Assembly: GCA_020849665.1 (NCBI GenBank)
Contig: JADLFX010000020.1
Coordinates: 1 to 53,579 of the forward strand
Length of the DNA stretch: 53,579 nucleotides
Source of the DNA: Planctomycetota bacterium
GTDB taxonomy: Bacteria > Planctomycetota > UBA1135 > UBA2386
Reading direction: 5' to 3'
Positions within the stretch are counted from its first letter, which is position 1; every line of letters starts with the position of its first letter. The notes beneath the pieces were generated by a model. It was not told the DNA's origin and did not search any database. It was given only the letters and a program-made list of their open reading frames with translations. This document shows positions 1 to 9,627 of the stretch, piece after piece. Made by a program: the position numbers and the translations under genes.

Positions 1-200
1 CGCTGACCACCTGGTAGTCGGGAGGCTGCCCGAGACCCAGTTGGCCGGGATCCGAGCGGCTCAGCACGCCGCCCGTGTCCGCGGGGAACCCCTCGCCGAG
101 ATTCCACAGGCCGTCGGGCTTGTTCAGGAGCGGCGTGAGCTTGCTTGCGGGCAGCGCACCCGCGCCGGAGATCTCCTCTGCGATGTGGCGATGGCCGCCC
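1..200 (-). CDS. Partial CDS running off the 5' edge of the window. Hypothetical protein, N-terminal region only. Candidate GTG start near 198-200; the start is uncertain and the frame also stays open through the upstream (AG)n tract.
   Basis: The minus-strand frame is open from about 240 to position 1. It has strong third-position G/C bias and a non-repetitive residue composition (...GGHRHIAEEISGAGALPASKLTPLLNKPDGLWNLGEGFPADTGGVLS...), unlike the Arg-rich plus-strand frames. The short stretch did not suggest a family. Confidence 0.3.
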
Positions 201-242
201 ACCTGCGCGCACGCGGCATCACTCAGCGCCGCGAGCGCGAGC

Positions 243-293
<51 letters not shown>

Positions 294-747
294 GAGAACC
301 CGCGCTTCCCTTCGTCCCGACCTCGATCGCGCAGCCCCCGCATGGTTCCTCCTGGGCGCAGAGACACTGGGCCCGGGTGTGCGAGGCACCCGAACCTCGC
401 GCAGGAGCATCCCGAGCCCGGGCCGGAAGCGTCAATCCCCGCGCCTAGGCACGGGGTCTCCGTGGGTCGCGGCGCCGGGCACGATTCCTGGTCGTGCGGC
501 ACCGGGCCGCCTGAGCAGCGAGCGCGGTGGCGTCGGGATCGACACCGAGGATGACAGATGCGGGGATCATCGTGAGGCGCGGGCCTCCGCTGCGGCCAAC
601 CCCGAGCCGCCCTTGCCGGGTCCCGCATCCGGCCGCTCCACTCCCCCGCACAGGCCCCCGATACGGCAACCGGGCGGCGGAGAGCGTCACGCCCCCCGCC
701 GCCCGGTCCCCGCCTCCCGGCCCGCGGGCCGGGACGGCCTCAACCCG

Positions 748-3312
748 TCATGGGTTGGTGTTGTTGGCGTTCAGCAGGAGCACGTACTGGCCGAGGGTGG
801 AGCCCGGCACGGTGAGCGCCAGGGGGGCGAACTGGCCGGAGACCAGGCTGAACCAGGCCCCGGTGTTCGTGGTGCTGATCGAGGTCGTGCCCGTGCACGT
901 CGCCCAGACGATGCCGTTCACCGGGGAGCCGATGAAGCGGATCGTGCCGTCCGAGATCGTCAGGGCGGCCGTGTCGACCGGGGTGATCTGGGTGACCGCA
1001 CCGCCACCCGTGCTCATCACGAAGAGGTCCTCGCGATTCGTCGCGCTGGAGCCGAGACGGCGGGCGAACGCCAGCATCGTGCCGTCGTCGGAGAGCGTGA
1101 GGTTGTTGATGCCCCGGGTCGCACCACTGGCGCCCGTGCCGGTGTAGCTGGTGAGCTGCACGGCGGCAGTGCCGGCCTCGGCGTCGAACTTGAACACGTT
1201 GGCGTCGTTGAACACCGTCGTGGTCGCGCCCGCACCATTCTCCGCCACGAAGAAGACGTCGTTGGTGGTCGGCGAGCGGCGCATCTGGAACTCGAGTGCG
1301 AACCACGGATCCGTGGTGTAGGAGCCGAGGTAGTTGATGCCGCGGCCGATGGCGGGCGCGGTCCCCGCGGCGAACTCGGCGCCGGTGATGTCGACCAGGG
1401 CCAGGGTCGCGGCTTGGATGCCGACGACGTTGTTGACGATGCCCGACGTGGTGGCGAGGCTGCGGATGAAGTAGCGGAAGTTGCCGTTCAGCGAACCGAA
1501 CGAGCCACGGTGCAGGATGTTGCCGGTGGTGCCGCCGGCCGTGAACGGCGCGACGGTCGAGCCGGTGGTGGTCTTGGTCAGCGGCGTGACCGTCGCGGTG
1601 CCCACGTCGTAGCCATAGGCGTCCAGGGTGGAGGTCGACGCGGTGCCGGCGAAGAAGACCAGCTTCGTGTTGCTCAGGAAGTTGACGTCCACGAAGTAGA
1701 TCACCTGCGGGTCGAACACGCCTGCGCCGTTCACCTTGACCGGCGCACCGGCCTGCGAGCCGTCGGTCTTCACGACGTAGACGCTGCCCGGAGTGGCAGC
1801 CGCGGGAACAGCACGCGTGCCGGCACAGAACGCCACCAGCGAGCCGTCCGGGGAGAGGCTGGCCTTGAGGCCGATCGAGGAGCCGTAGCTCGTGCTCGGC
1901 GTGTACGCCGAGAGACCGAACTCGCTGATCAGGGTCGCAGTCGTGAACCCGGTGACGTTCTTGACCGTGAACGTGCCGGTCTTGTCGATCCCCGTGATCG
2001 CCACGAGGTCGCAGTTGGTCAGGCTCGTGGCCGGCGGGACCACCGCGCCGATCGGGAACACCACGGTCTTGCGGTCCTTCGAGATCCGGCGCGAGGAGCT
2101 GAAGATCAGCCCGTTGGGCTGGCCGGTGCCCAGGTTCGGCAGCGCCAGGCTGGCCAGCTTGGCCGAGCCGTCGGTGGGCGCCCAGAACCAGCCGCCGTTG
2201 GTACCCGCGAACACGGTCTCGTTGGCGAAGAACAGCGCCCCATCGAAGAACTGGGTGGGCGCTCCAACGGCCGGGGTGATGTCCAGTGCCGGGCTCGTCG
2301 TCGAGGGCCAGTTGGAGCCGTCCGTGCGGATCAGGTAGCACTTGTCCGGCACGCCGGCGCCGGCGGAGTTGGTGGAGTCACGCGCGGTGACGGCCATGAG
2401 CTTGCCGTCGTCGCTGAATGCGGCCAACGGCTGGAAGATGCTGGTGCTCGTGGTGGACGGACAGGTCAGCGCCGAGTCGGTCACGGTCAGGAGGACCTTG
2501 GCGACGCCGGTGGCCTTCTCGAACGAGACCACGTGGTTGATGCGGCAGTCGTTGGGGTTCGCCGTGGTGGAGCGGCCGCGCAGGAACGCCACGTCGTAGC
2601 CGTTGGGCAGGGCGATGGTCTGGTGCAGGACGCTCTTGGTGTCGCGTGCCGGCAGGTTGCGCCGGAACAGGTTCAGGTCCGAGTTGAACGGCGTGGACGA
2701 GAAGGTCGGGGCGTAGCCCTCGACGAAGCCGTCCTGGCCGTAGTGCCGGATCACCTGCATGCTGACGAGGGGCAGCCCCTGCGTGGTCCCGCTGCCCATG
2801 TCGGAATTGGTGACGAGGCGGAAGTCGATGTCCTGGCCGCCCAGCGTGCCGGTGCCGCCGGCGAGCGCCAGCTCGGTCGTGCCGATGCCGTTGGTCACGA
2901 TCACGTTGGCATCGCGGTCCGCGAGGAAGATCGTGCCGAGGCCGACGTTGAGGTCCGCCGACTGGAAGTCGACGCCCTGGCCGACCAGCGACGGGGTGTT
3001 GGGGATCGGCACCGCCTGCGTCGTCGCGCCGCTCGCGCCCAGGACGCCGTAGTAGAACGGCGCGAAGTTCACGGGGTCGAGGAGCAGGTTGCCCTGCACG
3101 AAGGGCAGACCCAGGCTGGTGCTCTGGGTCGTGTTCGCCGACCAGAGCATCACGTAGGCGTTGCCGGACTCCGTGGTCGGGTGGAGGACCGTGACGTTCA
3201 CGCTGCGACCGATCACGGGCGCCGAAGTCAACACGACGCTGCGGCCGGTCTGCGCGCTGGCGGACACCGCGGCGAGCGCGGCGGTGGCCGCGATCATCGA
3301 GATACGAAGCAT
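748..3312 (-). CDS. Secreted beta-propeller protein, 854 aa, with TolB/PD40-like repeats. Function unknown.
   Basis: N-terminal signal peptide (MLRISMIAATAALAAVSASAQT). Repeated SPDGSLVAF / SDDGKLMAV / SDDGTMLAFA blocks typical of PD40/WD40-like propeller blades. Thr/Ser/Gly-rich. ATG at 3312, TGA at 748-750. Confidence 0.7.
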   Translation of the reverse strand: MLRISMIAATAALAAVSASAQTGRSVVLTSAPVIGRSVNVTVLHPTTESGNAYVMLWSANTTQSTSLGLPFVQGNLLLDPVNFAPFYYGVLGASGATTQAVPIPNTPSLVGQGVDFQSADLNVGLGTIFLADRDANVIVTNGIGTTELALAGGTGTLGGQDIDFRLVTNSDMGSGTTQGLPLVSMQVIRHYGQDGFVEGYAPTFSSTPFNSDLNLFRRNLPARDTKSVLHQTIALPNGYDVAFLRGRSTTANPNDCRINHVVSFEKATGVAKVLLTVTDSALTCPSTTSTSIFQPLAAFSDDGKLMAVTARDSTNSAGAGVPDKCYLIRTDGSNWPSTTSPALDITPAVGAPTQFFDGALFFANETVFAGTNGGWFWAPTDGSAKLASLALPNLGTGQPNGLIFSSSRRISKDRKTVVFPIGAVVPPATSLTNCDLVAITGIDKTGTFTVKNVTGFTTATLISEFGLSAYTPSTSYGSSIGLKASLSPDGSLVAFCAGTRAVPAAATPGSVYVVKTDGSQAGAPVKVNGAGVFDPQVIYFVDVNFLSNTKLVFFAGTASTSTLDAYGYDVGTATVTPLTKTTTGSTVAPFTAGGTTGNILHRGSFGSLNGNFRYFIRSLATTSGIVNNVVGIQAATLALVDITGAEFAAGTAPAIGRGINYLGSYTTDPWFALEFQMRRSPTTNDVFFVAENGAGATTTVFNDANVFKFDAEAGTAAVQLTSYTGTGASGATRGINNLTLSDDGTMLAFARRLGSSATNREDLFVMSTGGGAVTQITPVDTAALTISDGTIRFIGSPVNGIVWATCTGTTSISTTNTGAWFSLVSGQFAPLALTVPGSTLGQYVLLLNANNTNP

Positions 3313-3523
3313 GCTGTCTCCTGAGGGATGGGGTCCGGCACAGGCCGGAAGAGAGGAAACGATGTGTCTCCGCCGCGACGTCTCAGGCGGACCGAGGCTG
3401 CACGCGGCGAAGGGGCGGAACAGTGTGCCAGAAGTCTACGTCGCCGTGGAGGGCTGGACTCCCGGGCCGCGCACGCCCCTCGACCCGCACGCCGGTCCGT
3501 GTGTCCAGGATTCGCGCGCGCGC

Positions 3524-5491
3524 TCAGCGGCCCTTGTCGCCGAGACCTTCCGGCGCAGGATTGCGCCCAACAGAAAGGTAGTCCCAGATCGCCCCCTGCT
3601 GGCGACGCACGTCGCCGCCCGGCAGGTCGCTGCGCAGCCGCCCCTCGGGCCAAGGCGGCGGCATGCCGCTCTCGGGCAGCGTGCGCACGGGATCGTCCAG
3701 GTGACGGTGGAACCATGTGCGGCGGACGCGCACCGGCACGAGGTCGAGATCGATGCCGCGCTGGCCGCGCCCCCCCGCGCGCGGTGGCGCGCCGGCGAAG
3801 CCGTGGCAGAGAACGCAGTCGAGCCCGCGCGCTCCCACGAGAACGCGCCCCGCGTCCGCGACGCGCGGATCGGCGGCGCGCTGCACGGCCTCGGCGCGCG
3901 GCTCGCCGCAGAGCGCGGCCAGGCCCTCGCCAAGGGTCGCGGTGGCGTGCGATGCGAACACCGGCATGCGCAGCTCGAGCCACGGCCGCGCGCCGCGCGC
4001 GCCCGCGAACACGGCATCCAGCCACTCGACCTGCAGGCGCTCGCCCAGGTCGAAGAGGCGCGGCGGCCGCTCGGTGAAGCGCGCGCGCCCCGCATCGCCG
4101 TGGCACTCCTCGCAGCGGTGCATCGCGACCGCGGCCAGAACGTCGCGCGCGGGTGCCACTCCCTGCCAGGGCAGCGCCGGTCCCCTCAGGTACTCCGCCA
4201 GCGCGGCGCGCTGGCGCGGATCGAGGGCATCGCGGTGGCGCGCCGGCACGGTCTCGGCCACTTCGCCCTGCACCATGCAGCCGCTGGCGATCGGCCGCAG
4301 CGCCCCGGTCCGGGCGCCGGGCCGCAGCGCCGCCACCTCGTGGCACGCCGCGCAGTTGCGCACCTCCATCACCATGTGCGCCTCCGCGGCCACCTCGTCG
4401 TCGGTGAGGTGCAGGTCCGGCATGCGGAACGGGGCGCGCGCACGCGTGCTCTCGAACAGATACGCGGCCAGATCCTCGGCCTCCGCGCGGGTGAGACCCA
4501 TCCTGGGCATCGTGCCCGCCGGCAGGAGGCGCAGCGGGTCGAGCAGGAACCCGGCCAGATCCGCGCCACGCAGCCACTTCTGTGCGACGTGTTCCAGACC
4601 GACCTGCCCGGGCTCCACGCGCGCTCCCGGGACGGCATGGCAGGCCGTGCAGCCGATCGCCGTGAAGTGCTCGGCGCCGCGCGCCACGCTCTCCAGCGGC
4701 TGCGTCGGCACGGGAATCGGCGCCGGCGCACCCGCGAGGTGGCGCGCCACCGCGTAGCGCGCGCGCACGCCCATCGCATCGGCCGTGCCCAGGGCGGGCA
4801 TCTTCGCGCCAGGCATCACGCGCGCTGGCGCGAGCAACCACTCGAACACGTACTCGGGACGGACGCGGCCGCGCAGCGAGGCCAGTGGCTGTCCGCTGCC
4901 TGCGTTCTCGGGCTGCGGCATGCGGTGCGCCTGCGTCGGCTCGCCTGGCGGGAGATGGCACGCGATGCAGCGCAGGTCGCGGAACAGCCGCGCCCCCGCG
5001 GCGCGCAGCATGAAGCTCCGCTCGGCCTCCGGATCCCAGGGCCCGGGGACCGGCGCGCACTCGGCGCCGCGCACCGGCGTTGCGCGGCCGGACGCGTCGC
5101 GGGTCTGCACCTGCACCCGGGCCCCGGAACGACCCTCCACCTCCAGGACGAAGCGCGTGCCCGGCGCCACCGCGAGCGGATCGTCACCCACCTGCCGATC
5201 CGCCACGCGCAGCCGCGCTGGCACGTCGGCCTCGAGCGCCAGGCGCAGCGTGGCCGGGGGCCCGGAATGCGCCCACACCAGGGTGGCCGTGAACGCCCCG
5301 GGCGCCAGCGTCTCGTGCAGCGTGCGGCCCGGCTCCACCGCGAACGCGGGCCGCGGCAGGCGCAGCCACGCCACGCGCCCGGCTGCGTCCTGCACGCGGA
5401 CCGCGACCGGGAGTTCGCGCTCCTGGGCCGCGGCGGGCGCGGCGAGCGCGCTCAGGAGCAGGAGTCCACGCTGGATCCGCGCGGCGCCCAT
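3524..5491 (-). CDS. Periplasmic multi-heme c-type cytochrome with five CXXCH motifs, 655 aa.
   Basis: Signal peptide MGAARIQRGLLLLSALAAPAAAQE. Heme-binding motifs CIACH, CTACH, CAACH, CEECH and CVLCH are spread along the protein. Ends 8 nt after the next gene, so likely co-transcribed. Confidence 0.75.
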   Translation of the reverse strand: MGAARIQRGLLLLSALAAPAAAQERELPVAVRVQDAAGRVAWLRLPRPAFAVEPGRTLHETLAPGAFTATLVWAHSGPPATLRLALEADVPARLRVADRQVGDDPLAVAPGTRFVLEVEGRSGARVQVQTRDASGRATPVRGAECAPVPGPWDPEAERSFMLRAAGARLFRDLRCIACHLPPGEPTQAHRMPQPENAGSGQPLASLRGRVRPEYVFEWLLAPARVMPGAKMPALGTADAMGVRARYAVARHLAGAPAPIPVPTQPLESVARGAEHFTAIGCTACHAVPGARVEPGQVGLEHVAQKWLRGADLAGFLLDPLRLLPAGTMPRMGLTRAEAEDLAAYLFESTRARAPFRMPDLHLTDDEVAAEAHMVMEVRNCAACHEVAALRPGARTGALRPIASGCMVQGEVAETVPARHRDALDPRQRAALAEYLRGPALPWQGVAPARDVLAAVAMHRCEECHGDAGRARFTERPPRLFDLGERLQVEWLDAVFAGARGARPWLELRMPVFASHATATLGEGLAALCGEPRAEAVQRAADPRVADAGRVLVGARGLDCVLCHGFAGAPPRAGGRGQRGIDLDLVPVRVRRTWFHRHLDDPVRTLPESGMPPPWPEGRLRSDLPGGDVRRQQGAIWDYLSVGRNPAPEGLGDKGR

Positions 5492-5498
5492 CGTCGCG

Positions 5499-6809
5499 TC
5501 ACCGCTCGCGCACCCGCAGATTGCGGAACGCCACCACCTCGCCGGCGGCGTGGTTCTGCAGCCCGATGTGCCCCGTGCGGGACCGTTCGCCGGTGTACTC
5601 GCACACCTTCCTGCCGTTCACCCAGACCTCGTAGCGCTGGCCCTCGGCCACGATGCGCATCGCGTTCCACTCGCCGACCGGGCGGCGCACCAGCTCGCTG
5701 GCGTCCTGGAACGAGTAGATCGAGCCGGTGCGGGTCTTGGCGCCGCCGGCGTCGCAGATCTGCACCTCGTAGCCGTCGCGCACGGCGTCCCACGGATCCC
5801 GCGGCGGAGGGAAACGCACGAACACGCCGCTGTTGTCCTCGGCCTTGGCGAGGCGCCACTCCAGCTCCAGCTCGAAGTCGGCGAACGCCTTCTCGTGGAA
5901 CCAGAGCAGGCCCATTCCCCCGTCGCCCACCAGCGCGCCGTCCTGCACGGTGAAGCGTCCTGGCCCGCACTGCGTCCATCCGGCGAGGCTCGTGCCGTCG
6001 AAGAGCGTGCGCCACCCCTCGGGGCCCGCGGCCCAGTGCGGCCTCGCGCTCGCCCAGCACAGCGCGTTGGCGACCAGGCGCAGGAGATTCGGGTCCGCGA
6101 ACGCCTCCTTGCCGTGCCCCTGGATCGTGTAGAAGACGCGGCCCTCTCCGTACGCCTTGGTCCACGCCACCGGACGCATCTTCTTGTCGGCAGGCCCTTC
6201 GCCCACGAGCACCACCTGCTTGTCGTCGAGGCGGCACTCGTCGAGGTAGTAGAACTCGTCGGGGTAGGTGTGGTCCTCGATCCCGGCCAGCACCGGCGCG
6301 TCGCCGGCCAGGCGCCGCACGGTGATCGGGCCGAAGGGCGGGTGGCTCTTGAACTTCCCCCCCACCATCGCGACGAACTCGCGGTTCCACTTGAACGAGT
6401 CGGCGGCGCAGTGCAGCCCGACCCAGCCGCCGCCCCGGCGCACGAAGTGCAGGAGCGAGTCGCGCTCCTGCTGGTTCAACCCGAGCTTCTCGCCCTGGTG
6501 GTACGCGAGGACCACGTCGAAGCGCTGCGCCATGCCGGCGTCGAGGATCCGCGTCGGCCGCTCCTCGGGCCGCGCGGCCTCCGGCTCGCCGTCCTTCACG
6601 AGACGCAGATGCGTCACGTCGAGCTTCAGGTGTTGCGCGAGCCCGGCGAGGAGCAGCTTGGCATTGCCCTCGAAGTCGTGGTAGCCGCCGCCGGTCATCA
6701 GCAGGACGCGCAGCGGTCGGGCATCGGCCGGCGCGGGTGGATGCGGATCCTGCGCGACGGCCGGGACGGCGAGGAGCACGAACGGAAGGACGAAGTTGGC
6801 GATGGGCAT
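5499..6809 (-). CDS. Secreted ThuA-like (trehalose-utilisation type) domain fused to a DUF1080 (3-keto-disaccharide hydrolase-like, jelly-roll) domain.
   Basis: Start trimmed to MPIANFVLPFVLLAVPAVAQ (signal peptide); the upstream in-frame extension overlaps nadE and is Arg/Cys-rich junk. N-terminal half: LRVLLMTGGGYHDFEGN... (ThuA-like). C-terminal half: WRTLFDGTSLAGWTQ...GHIGLQNHAAGEVVAFRNLRV (DUF1080 signature). Confidence 0.75.
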   Translation of the reverse strand: MPIANFVLPFVLLAVPAVAQDPHPPAPADARPLRVLLMTGGGYHDFEGNAKLLLAGLAQHLKLDVTHLRLVKDGEPEAARPEERPTRILDAGMAQRFDVVLAYHQGEKLGLNQQERDSLLHFVRRGGGWVGLHCAADSFKWNREFVAMVGGKFKSHPPFGPITVRRLAGDAPVLAGIEDHTYPDEFYYLDECRLDDKQVVLVGEGPADKKMRPVAWTKAYGEGRVFYTIQGHGKEAFADPNLLRLVANALCWASARPHWAAGPEGWRTLFDGTSLAGWTQCGPGRFTVQDGALVGDGGMGLLWFHEKAFADFELELEWRLAKAEDNSGVFVRFPPPRDPWDAVRDGYEVQICDAGGAKTRTGSIYSFQDASELVRRPVGEWNAMRIVAEGQRYEVWVNGRKVCEYTGERSRTGHIGLQNHAAGEVVAFRNLRVRER

Positions 6810-6861
6810 GGCGGGCACGGGACGCACGGACCAGATGGTATGGCCGCGCCTGCGGGCCGGC

Positions 6862-8514
6862 TCAGCCTTCGACGAGGAAGCTGTGCGCCACCGGCACGCG
6901 CCGGCCGTCCCAGCAGCGCTCGGTGACCCGCAGGGTGGGCGCGTACTGGTAGCGCTTGAACTCGTTCTTCTGCATGCGCGCGAAGATCCCGGCCACCTCG
7001 CCCGGCGCCATCCCGGTGCGCCGCGCCACCTCCGACACCGGAACATCCTCCTCCACCAGGAGGCGCAGCACGGGATCGAGCACGTCATAGGGCGGCAGGC
7101 TGTCGGTGGTGAGCTGCCCCGGACGCAGCTCGGGCGAGGGCGGCTTGGCGAGGATGTGCGCGGGGATCCGCTCGCCTTCGCGGTTCAGCCAGCGCGCCAG
7201 CTCGTACACCTCGGTCTTCCACAGGTCGCCGAGCACCGCGAGGGCGCCGCACATGTCGCCGTAGAGGGTACAGAAGCCCATCGCCGCCTCGCTCTTGTTG
7301 CCGGTGGCGAGCAGGAGGTGGCCGAACTTGTTCGAGTAGGCCATCAGGAGCACGCCACGGATCCGCGCCTGCACGTTCTCCTCGGTGACGTCGAAGGGCC
7401 GGTCGCCGAAGAGCGGCTGCAGCGTGCCAGTGACCGCCTCGTAGGCGTCCTGGATCGGCAGCTGCTCCAGGCGGATGCCGAGGTTGCGGCACAGGGCCTC
7501 GGCGTCGGCGAGCGAATGCGGGGTCGAGAACGACGAGGGCAGCGCCAACCCCACCACGTTCCCGGGCCCGAGCGCGTCGACCGCCAGCGCGGCGGTGACC
7601 GCCGAGTCGATGCCGCCGGAGACACCCAGTACGGCGCGCGCGAAGCCGAACTTGGCGAAGTAGTCGCGCAGCCCGCGCACCAGCGCCCGCCAGCTCATCT
7701 CGACGCGTTCGGGGAACACGGGCTCGAGCTGCCACGGCGCGCCGGTGTCCACCACGAAGAGCCCCTCCTCGAAGAGCACCGGCGTGAACGCGAACCCCTC
7801 CGGCTTCACGGCCATCGAGCCGCCGTCGAAGAGCAGGCCGACGTTGCCGCCGACGAGGTTGCAGTACAGGAAGGGCACCCGGTGGCGGCGCGCGGCCGCG
7901 CGCAGCATGTCCGCACGCAACCGCTCCTTGCCGTGGTTCCACGGGCTGGCGGAGAGGTTCACGACCAGCTCGGCGCCGGCCTGCACCAGCCGCTCGACCG
8001 GATCGACCGGGTAGAGGCGCTGGCGGAAGAAGTGCGCGTCGTTCCAGCCGTCCTCGCACACCGCCAGACCGACCTTGCGCCCTGCGACCGTGAGCAGGTT
8101 CTCCTGCGGCCGGGTCCAGGGCTCGAAGTAGCGGCTCTCGTCGAAGATGTCGTACGTGGGCAGCAGGCACTTGCGTGCCACGACGCGTGCGAGCCCGTCC
8201 TCCACCAGCGCCACGGCGTTGCAGAGCGGCCGGCCGCCGATCTTGCGCCGTTCGTTGGCGGCGAGGCAGCCGACCAGCACGGGCAGGTCGGGGGGCAGGT
8301 CGCCGGTCAGTTCCTGCAGGGCGCGCTCGTGCGCGGCCAGGAAGCCCGGACGCAGCAGCAGGTCCTCGGGCGGATAGCCGCACAGCGCCAGCTCCGGGGT
8401 GACCACGAGGTCCGCGCCCTGCCGCCGGGCCTCGTGCGCCGCCTTGGCGATCGTGCGCCGGTTGCCGGCGAAGTCGCCGACGGTGGTGTCGATCTGGGCC
8501 AGCGCGATCCGCAC
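6862..8514 (-). CDS. nadE: Glutamine-dependent NAD+ synthetase.
   Basis: N-terminal CN-hydrolase (nitrilase) domain plus C-terminal NAD synthetase domain with the PP-loop SGGIDS. 550 aa. GTG start. Confidence 0.9.
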   Translation of the reverse strand: MRIALAQIDTTVGDFAGNRRTIAKAAHEARRQGADLVVTPELALCGYPPEDLLLRPGFLAAHERALQELTGDLPPDLPVLVGCLAANERRKIGGRPLCNAVALVEDGLARVVARKCLLPTYDIFDESRYFEPWTRPQENLLTVAGRKVGLAVCEDGWNDAHFFRQRLYPVDPVERLVQAGAELVVNLSASPWNHGKERLRADMLRAAARRHRVPFLYCNLVGGNVGLLFDGGSMAVKPEGFAFTPVLFEEGLFVVDTGAPWQLEPVFPERVEMSWRALVRGLRDYFAKFGFARAVLGVSGGIDSAVTAALAVDALGPGNVVGLALPSSFSTPHSLADAEALCRNLGIRLEQLPIQDAYEAVTGTLQPLFGDRPFDVTEENVQARIRGVLLMAYSNKFGHLLLATGNKSEAAMGFCTLYGDMCGALAVLGDLWKTEVYELARWLNREGERIPAHILAKPPSPELRPGQLTTDSLPPYDVLDPVLRLLVEEDVPVSEVARRTGMAPGEVAGIFARMQKNEFKRYQYAPTLRVTERCWDGRRVPVAHSFLVEG

Positions 8515-8567
8515 CCGCGCAACCTACGTGGCGTCCAGGGACGGTGCCAGGGCGGAGCCGCCGGCGC

Positions 8568-9488
8568 TCACCGTACCGCCGCCGGCAGGGAGAACTCGAC
8601 GGTCTCGACCCGCCCCTCGACCTCGCGTACCTCGCTGGCCCCCAGCTCGCGCAGCCGGTCCAGGACCCGGCGCACGCTCACCTCGGGCGTCGACGCGCCG
8701 GAAGTCACCCCCACCGCGCGCAGGCCACGGAACCAGTGTGCCTGCAGCTCCTCGGGGCCGAGCACCAGGTAGGCCGGCACCCCCGAGGCCGCGCCGATCT
8801 CGCGCAGGCGGTTGCTGTTCGAGCTCGAAGGGTCGCCGATCACCAGCCACAACTCGACCTCGCCGCGCAGGGCCTTCACCGCGTCCTGGCGGTTGGTGGT
8901 CGCGTAGCAGATGTCCTCCTTGCGCGGCGTGCGCAGCTTGGGGAAGCGGCGCTTGAGCACCGTGAGGGTGGCCATCGCCTCGTCCACGCTGAGCGTGGTC
9001 TGGGTCAGGACCGCCACGCGCTCGGGATCGGGCACCTGCACCGTCGCGGCCGCGGCCGGATCCTCGACCACGATCGTGCGCTCGGGCGCCTCGCCCACAA
9101 CACCCTCCACCTCGACGTGATCCTCGTGCCCGATGAGCAGGATCGTCAGGCCCTCGCGCGCGAAACGCCGCGACTCGACGTGCACCTTGGTCACCAGGGG
9201 GCAGGTGGCGTCGATCGCCTTCAGCCCGAGCCGCTCGGCCTCCGCGAACACCGCGGGCGCCACGCCGTGCGCCGAGAAGATCACGTGGGCGCCGCGCGGC
9301 ACGTCGCGCAGGTGGTCGACGAAGATCGCCCCCTTGTGCACCAGATCGTCCACGACCACGCGATTGTGGACGATCTCGTGGCGCACGTAGATCGGCTTGC
9401 CGTAGCGGGCCAGGGCGCGCTCGACGATCTCGATGGCGCGCTCGACGCCGGCGCAGAACCCGCGGGGACGGCAGAGGAGGACCTTCAT
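8568..9488 (-). CDS. ispH: 4-hydroxy-3-methylbut-2-enyl diphosphate reductase (IspH/LytB).
   Basis: Start trimmed to MKVLLCRPRGFCAGVERAIEIVE, the canonical IspH N-terminus with the first conserved Cys. About 306 aa, typical for IspH. Confidence 0.9.
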   Translation of the reverse strand: MKVLLCRPRGFCAGVERAIEIVERALARYGKPIYVRHEIVHNRVVVDDLVHKGAIFVDHLRDVPRGAHVIFSAHGVAPAVFAEAERLGLKAIDATCPLVTKVHVESRRFAREGLTILLIGHEDHVEVEGVVGEAPERTIVVEDPAAAATVQVPDPERVAVLTQTTLSVDEAMATLTVLKRRFPKLRTPRKEDICYATTNRQDAVKALRGEVELWLVIGDPSSSNSNRLREIGAASGVPAYLVLGPEELQAHWFRGLRAVGVTSGASTPEVSVRRVLDRLRELGASEVREVEGRVETVEFSLPAAVR

Positions 9489-9627
9489 GTCGGGCCGGAG
9501 AGTGTGGGCCATGGGCCGGCGGGGCTCAAGCCCGGCGCGCAGCGCGGCCGGTGGCGAGGCTCGCCGAGCGGCGCGAGCATCCCGCGGAACGACGTTGCCC
9601 GCTCCCCGCACGCCGCCCCGGCGACCC

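Noticed and set aside
3161-5953. A 930-aa plus-strand ORF. Others of the same kind are 3294-5060 -, 3717-4757 + and 4785-6926 +.
   Set aside because: Low-complexity Arg/Ala/Pro composition. They sit antisense to, or in off-frames of, the cytochrome c and ThuA-DUF1080 genes, which have signal peptides and real motifs.
6796-8772. A 658-aa plus-strand ORF, plus 7085-8383 - in an alternative frame.
   Set aside because: Antisense or off-frame relative to nadE, which has unambiguous nitrilase and PP-loop motifs. Arg-rich composition.
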